Source: Malacoraja senta
Taxonomy: Eukaryota
NCBI GenBank assembly: GCA_038087875.1
Contig: JAXLNO010000366.1
Coordinates: 62,001-101,786 of the forward strand
DNA length: 39,786 nucleotides
Reading direction: 5' to 3'
Positions 1 to 9,511 of this stretch are shown one piece after another. Within the stretch, counting starts at the first letter, position 1. The number at the start of each line of letters is the position of its first letter. The position numbers and the translations under genes were made by a program. The notes under the pieces are model-generated. The model had not been told where the DNA came from. It saw only the letters and a list, made by a program, of their open reading frames with translations, and did no database searches.

Positions 1-82
1 ACACAATAATTGAAATAAACATAGTAAAGAAAAGGAGAACTAAGATACCAGTTGATCTATAATTGAGGGTGGGAGCGGAGGG

Positions 83-195
83 CACGTAATCCCTCATCGT
101 AACTCCTCATAAAATACAGATCAAACTTCAAACTGGTAAGTTCTCGTTTAATCTTACTATTTTACTTCGGAGTCACGTGAGTGACTACGTGAAGA
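83..195. repeat. Internal complementary region (ICR) of DIRS copy A
   Basis: 160-195 is the reverse complement of the terminus at 9078-9113. 98-214 matches the copy B ICR (1929-2045) at 116/117 nt. Confidence 0.9.
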
Positions 196-359
196 TTTTA
201 AAGCTCTGTGATTTCAATCCGTGTAACAGTTCATACTTCACTCGCTGCTGAAGTCATTCAAGGGAGGAAGTATGTTATCGTAATCAACCATAATCTGTTT
301 GTAAACAATAATGGTATCTATTAAACAATAACAAAAGACAAAATGCTCCCCCGGGCTTA

Positions 360-1289
360 AATTATATATTTTTGCAGATTTTAAAACTCTTTCTGCAAAT
401 AACACAGGTTCTGCTAGCGGCTTGTGGTAGAACGTCTGGAACGTTTTCTCCATGTTCATTCTTTTAGCCGCCGATGTGGATGCTGCCCTGGTGGAGTGAG
501 ATGTATATACATCAGTATCTACTCCAGCAGCTCCCAGTACCTGCTTGAGCCATCTCGAGATGGTTTGGCTCGACACCCAACCATGAGGTTTCTTGTGGCT
601 GACCCATAAGGCTTTTTTTTTTTTTCCCTTCTCCCTCGAGAATCTCTTGTTGTGTTGATGTAAGTGAATAAGTGAGTCATGACACACAACCGTAGGTCAG
701 GTGGGTATGCCCGGAAATCCATAACTAGGACTCAAGTTCCTGGCTTGCTCTGCTTTAGCAGCTCCTGAATGGTGAATGACCCGGTCTGGTGTTATAACCA
801 TGTTGTCCAGTCGCAGTAAGTGGAGGGACTGGACTCTTTGTGCTGAGACTAGTGGCATCAGCATGACCGTTTTCAGGGTTAGCTTTTCCAGGGTGAGACC
901 TGGCTGGGGACCATCCCCTTAGGTATGTCAGGACCACACTGACATCCCAGATTTGGGTATACCTAGGTCTAAGAGGGTTGGACTTGACGATACTCCTCAT
1001 GAGTTTGATCACCAGCGGTTGAGACCCTATGGCCTGTTGTCCTGGCACCTGTTTTAAGTAGGCTGGCAGTATTGATGGCGCTGTAACTCAATCCTTCATT
1101 ATGGTGAAGGCCCCCCAGGAACTCCAGTACATTGGTTATGGTTGCAGATGAGTATGTTGTCCCAGTAGTCGAGCAGTATCTTTCCCACTTCCTGATGCTC
1201 GATAGGTATTGTTTCCTGGTGGACATACGGTGTCATCATGTTGATGGTCCTGTCAGACACCCCAGTCCCAGCAGTGGTCTTTTGATAAT
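360..1289 (-). pseudogene. Tyrosine recombinase (phage-integrase family) of DIRS copy A, frameshifted
   Basis: Fragments in several frames: STRKQYLSSIRKWERYC, GLSYSAINTA, RPRYTQIWDVSVVL, YPPDLRLCV, QTISRWLKQVL, YTSHSTRAASTS, TFQTFYHKP. Confidence 0.88.
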
Positions 1290-1686
1290 CTGCAACCCAG
1301 TAGGTTAATTTTGTCATGGCATGGATGACTTATGCCTGATACAGGGTGCGTCAATAGGTCTGGGCTACTGGGAAAGGTCATAGGAGTTTCGATGACCATG
1401 TCGAGTACCACTGGGAACCATGGCTGTGTAGGCCAGTTGGTACTATCAAAATACCTGAAGCAGAGTCCATCTGTATTTTGCGTAGTACCCTACAGATTAA
1501 GGCAGAAGGGGGGAAAAGCATAGAAGAAATAGGTCCCCCAGTTCAGCGCGAATGCATCTATCGCTGCTGCCTCAGGGTGTGGTTCCCAAGGGACATACAT
1601 TGGTACGTGGTGATTTAGTCTGAATGCAAAGAGATCGATATCTGGTGTGCCATATTGGTTTGTAATTTTAGCAAAAGCTCTAGGAT
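1290..1686 (-). pseudogene. C-terminal N6-adenine methyltransferase-like domain of DIRS copy A pol (continues at 6163)
   Basis: Minus-strand translation reads NPRAFAKITNQYGTPDIDLFAFRLNHHVPMYVPWEPHPEAAAIDAFALNWG...YAFPPF...WPTQPWFP, the DIRS-associated Dam-like motif set. Confidence 0.82.
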
Positions 1687-1756
1687 TAGTAAGATTAAAC
1701 GAGAACTTACCAGTTTGAAGTTTGATCTTTATTTTATGAGGAGTTACGTTGGTGAT

Positions 1757-1792
1757 TACGTGAAGAAGACCCGTCAGGGCGCATGCGCGTCA
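1757..1792. repeat. 3' inverted terminal repeat core of DIRS copy B
   Basis: TACGTGAAGAAGACCCGTCAGGGCGCATGCGCGTCA is the exact reverse complement of 6101-6136. Confidence 0.95.
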
Positions 1793-1914
1793 ATCTTCAA
1801 AGCAGCGGTATGAAATCACAGACAACACCATAATTGAAGTAACATATTAAGATGATCAACATGAGAACTACCATTATGACCTTTTTTCTATGAGAGAGGG
1901 TTGGGCGTGGCGGG

Positions 1915-2026
1915 CACGTAATCACCAACGTAACTCCTCATAAAATAAAGATCAAACTTCAAACTGGTAAGTTCTCGTTTAATCTTACTATTTTACTTCG
2001 GAGTCACGTGAGTGACTACGTGAAGA
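1915..2026. repeat. ICR of DIRS copy B (circle-junction template)
   Basis: 1915-1990 is the reverse complement of 1687-1762 and 1991-2026 is the reverse complement of 6127-6162. The two halves are joined directly. Confidence 0.95.
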
Positions 2027-2235
2027 TTTTAAAGCTCTGTGATTTTTATGCCGCAGATCAAAATCCCGGCTTCTCACTGCATCGATTGACTGAGTATCAT
2101 CAATAATGCTGTAAACATGACATTGCATATCATGCAAAAACAAAACAGTTTTATTTTTGGTCATAAAACAACCAATAAACCCTCTTAATGTAGGGCAACA
2201 AACGAAACTGAATGAAACAGTATTGAAAACAGACT

Positions 2236-3227
2236 TTAAACAATACCAACAGCACTCAATATTGAGTTAGCAAACAGCCCTCCATCGGCAATCGGCCGAT
2301 GGTAGTATTGCTGAAACACAAGTTCATTTTTCCAACCTGCGGCTTTTAATATATGGTCGATGGGAACGTCCATCGCCCTGGCCGCGGATGTTGCTACTGC
2401 GCTAGTGGAATGAGATGTAAACACATAAATGTTAATTCCTGCCTGAACCAACTCTTGCTTTAACCACCTTGAGATAGTCTGAACTGCCACTCTTTTATGT
2501 TGGCTTTTTGTAACTGACAAATAATCCTGTTTCTTCTTGTCTTAAAGCCCTTGTGGCTTCAATGTAATGTAACAAATGTGTCCTTACACATAAACATGGA
2601 GCTGTAGGATATGCTGAGAACACAATCTTAAAACCTGTCTCACCTGGCCTGCTTTGTTTGAGCAGGTCAGAAATATAAAACAGAACATTCTCTGTATTCA
2701 CTTCCATTCTCTCGAACTGAAGTTTTTTGGAAAATCTGCACTCTCTGTACTGACACCAATGCCATTAGCATAGCCAATTTCATGGTTAATTTTAACAAAG
2801 TTATAGCCGTGACAGGGACCCAATGACGAAGTATGTTACGAACAACACTTACCTCGCAGATTACCATATACCTAGGCTTAGGCGGTTTGGAATTAGATTC
2901 TTTTCATCAACCTAGATATGAGAGGGTGAGAACCTATACTTTGTGTCCGTGTACCTATTACAAGATATGCGGACAAAGCACTTCTAGCTGTATTGATAGC
3001 AGTATAGCTAAGACCTTCATCATAATAAAGTGTAGATAAACTCTAACACATTTTCAATAACTACAGTATCATATTGAATATTCTTTTGAACACAATATTG
3101 TTCCTTTTTTTTTTTTTTTTTTCCCATAAGTCATATACTGTTTTTGAGTACTCTTTCTCCAGACTGCAGCGAGTATATACACCGTTGGCCTAGAAAGTCC
3201 TCGACCAATGTAAGGCATTCTTGAAAC
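2236..3227 (-). pseudogene. Tyrosine recombinase of DIRS copy B, frameshifted
   Basis: WRKSTQKQY, LTMKLAMLMALVSVQRVQ, LLKQSRPG, YPTAPCLCV, QTISRWLKQEL, FTSHSTSAVATS, ILKAAGW, FQQYYHRP across frames. Confidence 0.9.
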
Positions 3228-4990
3228 CTGCAAACTAACAGATCCATACCGTCACATAACGGATGAACTTAATGCGTTACTAGATGCTCCAGCAAATTCC
3301 TACTGTTTGGAATCAGCAAAAAGAGGTTGGATCGCTATCTGTAACATCAAAGGGAACCATGGTTGAATCAGGCAATTTGGTATGACCAAAACCCCTGAAG
3401 CGGCATCCTGCTTGATTTTCTCAAACACCGACCTATGAGGCAGAATGGTGGGGAAATATACACAAACATATCATCCCAATTTAGTGAAAAAGCATCAATT
3501 GCCACTGCCCCTGGATCTGGTGCCTATGAAACATATTTTGGCCTTCCATATAGAAGTACTATGTTCTTGAACACATCCTGGTTCCACATCCACTCTGTGT
3601 TATGATGGAATTTTCGTGAACTGCCATCTGGTACTACATTAAGTTTCCCTGGCAGATAGATAGCTCCAATCCAAATCTCTCTATCCCTACTCCAGGTCCA
3701 ATTGTATTTGCCAACCTGTCACATGATAACAATTTGATTCCACCCATGTGATTCATATCAGCAACTGCTGCAGTGTTGTCTATTTTGCACTGCACATGCA
3801 AACTAGTTTAGTTAGTGCCATAAGCCTTGAGTCCATAAAATACTCTTGGTTAATTCCCCATGTATGCAGAAGCAATGTTCATCTGTCTCCACCGCTGGAT
3901 CTTGTATCAGTAGCACCCTACCCAAGTGCTCTGACATCTGTCTGCAAATCATGGAAGCTTGGTCCAATAACACTTTGGAACTACTAGTGGACACATGCTG
4001 AATCCACCATTGTACATCAGCAACAGCCTCTATTGATAGAAGCATAGGTCTATTATAATGACCCCAATGTATCCTCAATGCTTGTTCCTTTGACCTTTGT
4101 AATTGTAGATAATAAAGTGGCCAATTGAACTGCTGGAAATGCTGCCAGCCATTACCACAGCAGTCTTGTCACCTGGCTAATTGAAGGCTGTGTGTTAGCA
4201 ATTAACTTGATATAGCTCTTAATTAGCTGTACCCTTTTTTGCCTGGGCAAGGTCACAATGATGTTGATTAAGTCATTGTGAACCCAACTAGTCAATTTGT
4301 GTCACAGGTATAAATTTAGATTCCTCAGAATAGCTTATAAAGCCCAATTAAAATTGGTTTTTACCAACTGCCACTGATGCTTCAGCTGTTTACTTTGATT
4401 GTCCTACAATCAAGATATTATTTAGCTAAGCCATGAGCACATGACCTTGCCTTCTCATCATGCCTAGAATAGGTTTTAACAACTTTGTAATCCTCTAGGA
4501 GCTGAAGACAAACCATTAGGCAGTGATTGTATTGGCATAATTCCCCATCCAGCTGAATTTTAAATCTTCTATCCTGCAATGAACAGACACTGAATCCGCA
4601 TCTTTAAGATCTCCTTCACAAACATTTCCATCTTAAAATGTCTATACCGTACAAAAGGGTTAAACCTATTCAGGTCTGTATAATTCTGCATCTCCCCATC
4701 CTTTTTTGGTCTGGGAAAGATATTGGACACAAACTGATGGCTTTGGTAAACTGCCTTAGCAATTACACCTTTATTACATAAGCTTGCAAGTTCCAGCTGA
4801 ACTTCCAATTGTTCAGTGATACTGAAGTCAAACTCCTTTTTTGGAACATGTTGCATGGGTAAATCAGAATTTGCATTTAAGCTTTATTCAATGCCCTTGA
4901 ATAACCTTCAGTATAAACATATCTGAGGTAAACATTTAATTGTATCACATTAGATCTGTCTACATGAGAACCAGACCCTCTTACCTCCTT
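3228..4990 (-). pseudogene. pol (reverse transcriptase, RNase H, methyltransferase) of DIRS copy B, decayed
   Basis: FVSNIFPRPKKDG...DLNRFNPFVRYRHFKME, LPNGLSSAPR, DVQWW, YLPGKLNVVPD, IDAFSLNW and QPWFP motifs, with stops and frameshifts. Confidence 0.85.
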
Positions 4991-5948
4991 ACCACCTGGC
5001 ATTCTTCCCCGGCCTTGAGCTGGATATCTCGCCTCCGTGGCGGTGCTACAGCCGAACGCCAACTGCGCTGCATTGTAGCTGGACTCGTCCCTTGCCCGGA
5101 CCAGTCTGCTCCCTTATAGGGATACTTCCGCTTTGGTGAATATGTGGCTGCCGTCTTAGCCTCCTCCTCCAGCTCCTTCACCTGCTGTGCGAAATCCTCG
5201 CCAAACAGCTGTGCCAGTTGCACTGTGCCAGGCTGGCATTTTTGCTGGTGGCAAGTTCCTCACCCAGAGGCTCACCAGCATCCGACGACATGGCAAACCA
5301 TGCTGCACACGGTGTCAGCTCTGACAGCTGCCTGCCTCCCTTTGGAAGTCGTCGGACTCAGGGTCAGAGCGTATCTGCCCTTCTGCACTCACCTCTTGCA
5401 AAGAGGGTGCTTTCAAGCAGGCCTCTACTAGGCACTGCCAGCGGAGCCGTCCCCACGGCCTCCCGCCTGCACAACTCCTCCTGGAGTATGGCTTTACGAA
5501 GCAGGCCTCTCCAAGGCACTGCCAGCGGAGCCTTCCATAAGGCTTCCCGCCTGCACAACTCTTCCTGGAGTTGTGGCTTTATGAGGCAGACCTCTCCTAG
5601 GCACTGCCAGTGGAGCCTTCTCTGTGGCTTCCCACCTGCACTACTCCTCCTGGAGCGTCTCTGTGGAGCAGCCCCTGTATGAGCTGCTCCTTTTGGATAA
5701 CCGCTGGGGAACGGTATCCTGTCCCCGACGGGACTCTCGTGGCCCGACTCTGCGGAGTCTATAGCCGTTAACTTATGCCGCCCGCCCGACTGGCGTTGGC
5801 TGTGTACCCGGCTGGGCACTTTCCGAAGTCTGTCGCCGCACCGCTACCGGCTTGCGACTCCCCCGAGGTGACAGGCTGCGTTTCAGAGACTGCGCTCCCG
5901 CAGCTCTCTCTCTCCTTGTCGGCAGCAGCCTGCACCTTTCCCTTGTTC
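4981..5948 (-). pseudogene. gag-like ORF1 of DIRS copy B
   Basis: Lies between leader and pol. C-terminal QLFGEDFAQQVKELEEE aligns with LLFG..VKDLEEES of copy A. The central part appears deleted. Confidence 0.65.
5416..5656. repeat. ~84-bp tandem repeat, about 3 copies, inside copy B gag
   Basis: GGCACTGCCAG(C/T)GGAGCC recurs at 5431, 5515 and 5600. Confidence 0.85.
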
Positions 5949-6100
5949 CTGCATATGGGGGCAAAAACAGACAGAAACAATTTCTATACTTTCTTATAAC
6001 TCCTCCAAAGTCTCCCCGACTTTGGTGGAGTTGTATTTACTCACGTTGCAGCAGGACGTCCGTGTTCCTGCTGCCGTTCGCACCAATGCGTCCGACGTAA

Positions 6101-6136
6101 TGACGCGCATGCGCCCTGACGGGTCTTCTTCACGTA
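6101..6136. repeat. 5' inverted terminal repeat core of DIRS copy B
   Basis: Exact reverse complement of 1757-1792. Confidence 0.95.
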
Positions 6137-6162
6137 GTCACTCACGTGACTCCGAAGTAAAA

Positions 6163-7647
6163 TTAACATCCATTTGGTGTTTATCATTGAATTTGCGTGA
6201 CCTGGCACTGTATTTAGCTTACCTGGTAGGTAAGTTGCTGATAGCCAAATATGTCTATCGACCCACCATTACCAGATTGTGTTTGACCCAATTGTCACAT
6301 GATATCGACTTTATTCCGCCCATATGGTTAATATAGGCCACCACCGTGATATTATCAATTTGTAAATGAAGATGCAAGTTGTGCATATTCCTAGAATATG
6401 CTTTAAAACCATAAAACGCACCAACATTTCCAAATAATTTATGCCCAGTGTTTGTAGTAAAGATGAGTCTAGGTTAGTCCATCTACCACCTGTGCTGGAT
6501 ATGGTATTAGTTGCTCCCCAGCCTTGAGCACTGGCATCTGTTTGTATAGTTAACGTTGGGTTATTGATGATGATAGGGCTGGAACTATGCCAAATGTTAT
6601 ATCCACCATTGTAACTCTGATATTGCTTCAATGGTAGTTTCATGGTTCTGTCAAAGTGACCTGCATGTCATTTCAACGCCTGTACTTTTGCCCTTTGTAG
6701 GTGCTGATAGTGCAGGAGTCCAAATTGTGCAGCTGAAAATGCTGCTACCATTTTGCCAATTACTCTTGCCACTTGTCGGATGGTTGGTCGATTGCTTACC
6801 ATTAAATTGTTGCACATCTGTGCTAATTCTGCTGCTTTACCGTTTGGCAACGTTACAGACATGTGGATTGAGTTAATTGTGAATCCCAGATAGTCCATAG
6901 TTGTGGATGGCGTCAACTTAGATTTATCTGGATGTATGACAAACCCAGGGTTTCAAACAATTGTTTGGTAGCTAATACAGCTGATTTAGCCAACTCCATG
7001 GTTTTGCCTACTATTAGGATATCATCAAGATACGCCATGACAATATGTCTTTGTTTCGTTAATGTTGCCAAGGCTGGTTTTAATATCTTGGTAAATAGTC
7101 CTAGGGCTGATGTCAACCCATTAGGCAACACTTTATACTGCCATAGTTGCCCCATCCAGGTAAATTTTCAGGTATCTGCGATGACCCTTGTGAATGGGTA
7201 CTGAATAATAGGCATCTTTTAAATCAATGCTTGCCATAAAGTATCCTTTGGAAATCAGTTGTTTAGCAGTTACAAATGTTTCCATTTTGAAATGTACATA
7301 CTTAACAAAGGTATTTAGTGAGGTTAAGTCAATGATGATGCGACATCCACCATCTTTTTGCTTTTGGTAAATATATTTGAGACAAATTCCAAAGGTTCAT
7401 GTTTGGATTTCTCAATGACACCCTTTGTAAGTAACCTCACCAGTTCTGCTTGAGCCTCTAGTTCTCTTTGACTGAGAGGATAAAGACCCTTTGGGGTACG
7501 TGCTGAACTGGTGGCATGTTTTCTTGAATGAACTCTATTTTGTATCCCCGAATACTGTTAAGTATATAACTATCATTCGTGAGACACCTCCTGTTAGTAC
7601 AGTTCCCCATTTACATGCTGGTAGGAACCAGACCCACCTACCTCCAT
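6163..7647 (-). pseudogene. pol (RT + RNase H) of DIRS copy A, frameshifted
   Basis: Starts ATG GAG GTA GGT (MEVGGSGS). Motifs LPNGLTSA..LFTKILKP, VMAYLDDILIVG, YLGFTINS, IQTDASAQGWG, INYLEML, YLPGKLN. Confidence 0.9.
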
Positions 7648-7649
7648 AG

Positions 7650-8900
7650 TTATGGTAGTGTTCCTTTCTTCCGTTTGTTCATCTGTCGTTATACTGCTGG
7701 ATGTACTGCTGATGTACTGCTGATTGGGGGTGGCGCATTTTCCATGGGGTCCGCTCTGGGCCCTGGCCTAAAAAGCCTTTTTCTGGGGATAGTATGCGGA
7801 CCCCGAGCTTTCACCAGTTCCATAAATTTGACCTTGACTGGTGGACGCGGTGGGGGTACTGCCGTCTGGTTTTTTGTGTGGGTCTGCTCGTTCCGGGGCC
7901 TGCCCTCATGAGGCCAAATGCTTTGGACTCTTCCTCCAGGTCTTTCACTTGTCCTTCCAAATAACAGGATCTGCGGCTCTGAGGCCGGTGTTTTACACAG
8001 TCCTGCAAACCTGGGATTGAGGGCAGGTCTTATTCTCTCCTTGCGGAGGTTGTTTATCTCATATTGGGGGTTGCACAGCAGAGCCAGAGTGTCTTGCTGG
8101 TTTGTGGTCATATCCACCCCATCCACGGAACGAGCATAGGCTGTTATCCCTGTCGTCAGGAGCTTGAGGATTTTAGCTCCTGGTTTCCGGATACTCTGTT
8201 CCCCCCCCCCCCCCCCCCCAGATTTGGCTGTTAACAGCCGGTACATTGAGCGAACTGCAGTTTTCCAGCTCTAGTGCCTCATTAAGTACCTGTCTTGTAG
8301 GGGTTTGAGGGACAGGTGGTTAATGCTGGCCGCCAGTTTTGGCTCAATGGCCGCCCTGCTCGTGGTGTAACCGTAGCAAATCTCCACACCCAGCAGCTCT
8401 TCCTGATCCTGTACCCCAAGCGTACTCCCGACATCTTCAGCCAATGACCCCTGTTCCTGACCAGCCCAGCCCTGGTCGCCAACGCTGCCCTGCTTTGAGG
8501 GGAAAGCGATGGCCAGTGCATTTATAGAGCACTGCTGTGGGAGTGCCTGATCCCCCTGGCGAGACTGCTCTAGCTCCTGAAGCAAGTCTCGCTGGAGCAG
8601 TTGCTCCATGAGCCTTTCCATTCGGCTCAGGCAGCTAGTTCTGCCGCTCTAAGGCGGACCCTCCTCATCGGAGTCAGACATAACCGGCCGTTTTAAAAAA
8701 AAAAAAAATTTTAAACTTTTCCTCCAGCCCGCTGCCGCTCATCAGGCTGCGCTAGCGGCACTGGGCTCGGCTCGGTCTCAATGAGGGTGGACCGCCGCAT
8801 ATGCGGTCCAGGTGCCGCCTCTCGCCCCCCACTGATGAGACACTCCCGTTCTGTTGGAGTCGAACGGGGGGCGGTTTTCTTCCTTTGCCGTGCTGCTCAT
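7650..8900 (-). pseudogene. gag-like ORF1 of DIRS copy A
   Basis: ATG at 8900 (MSSTAKEE). Fragments DTLALLCNPQYEINNLRKERIRPALNPRFAGLC and LLFG..VKDLEEES. Stop lies 2 nt before the pol ATG. Confidence 0.7.
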
Positions 8901-9114
8901 TTTCCCAGTTCCCCTGGAATAGAGAGCAGAGCACAGCTTGCTGATTACGACCTCAGAGTAAAACTTACCTGATGGTCCGCTGTTATTTTTCCACCGACGT
9001 GTAGCGGGAGCACCTGTACTCCGGTCGTCGCTGTTGCACTGCGTGAACGCTATGTCGCGCATGCATGCTGGACGGGCTCTTCACGTAGTCACTCACGTGA
9101 CTCCGAAGTAAAAT

Positions 9115-9201
9115 GCGGTACTGGGCTCGGCTCGGTCTCGATGAGGGTGGACCGCCGCATATGCGGTCCAGGTGCCGCCTCTCGCTCCCCACTGATGAGA
9201 C
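9115..9201 (-). repeat. 87-bp copy of DIRS A gag 5' region lying outside the element terminus
   Basis: Direct repeat of 8755-8841, 84/87 identical, offset 360 bp. Confidence 0.9.
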
Positions 9202-9265
9202 TTAACTTTTTAGATTGAAGGTTGTGTAACAGATTACACAACCTTCAATCTAAAAAGTTAAGTCT
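9198..9265. repeat. Perfect 32-bp-arm palindrome with 4-nt spacer
   Basis: AGACTTAACTTTTTAGATTGAAGGTTGTGTAA-caga-TTACACAACCTTCAATCTAAAAAGTTAAGTCT. Confidence 0.95.
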
Positions 9266-9511
9266 GAAATGCTGCCTGACCTACTGAGTATTTCCAGGGT
9301 TTTGTGATTTCCTGCATCTCCTGTTTTATGATTTTCAAACAATACTGCTTGGCCAAGTGTAACATTATCAGTCGCAAAGGTCACTTACAAATTTTACTTT
9401 TGTTTTGAAAGCAAAATGATGTTCGCACACCAGCTGTGCTGACCACAGTGAGATTCCACTTCCTGCTTTAAATCTTCTCCGAGCTTTCTTGTCAACTATT
9501 CAAATAATTTT

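Larger units (their letters stand above)
1687..6162 (-). mobile_element. Complete DIRS1-type retrotransposon, inner copy B (degenerate ORFs)
   Basis: 36-bp perfect ITRs at 1757-1792 and 6101-6136. The ICR at 1915-2026 is complementary to both termini. Contains gag, RT/RH/MT and YR remnants, with no TSD. Confidence 0.95.
1..9113 (-). mobile_element. DIRS1-type tyrosine-recombinase retrotransposon, outer copy A (interrupted by copy B at 1687-6162; 3' ITR lies left of the window)
   Basis: Minus-strand order is gag, RT (YLDD), RNase H (TDAS..GWG), methyltransferase (DIDLFA, YAFPPF), YR (SHSTRAA), ICR. The 5' terminus TTTTACTTCGGAGTCACGTGAGTGACTACGTGAAGA ends at 9113 and matches the ICR half at 160-195. 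Confidence 0.93.

Noticed and set aside
8832..8865. CTGATGA...stem...GAAC resembling a hammerhead core
   Set aside because: Has GAAC instead of GAAA, a bulged stem and no stem I/III, and lies antisense to DIRS gag. Likely chance.
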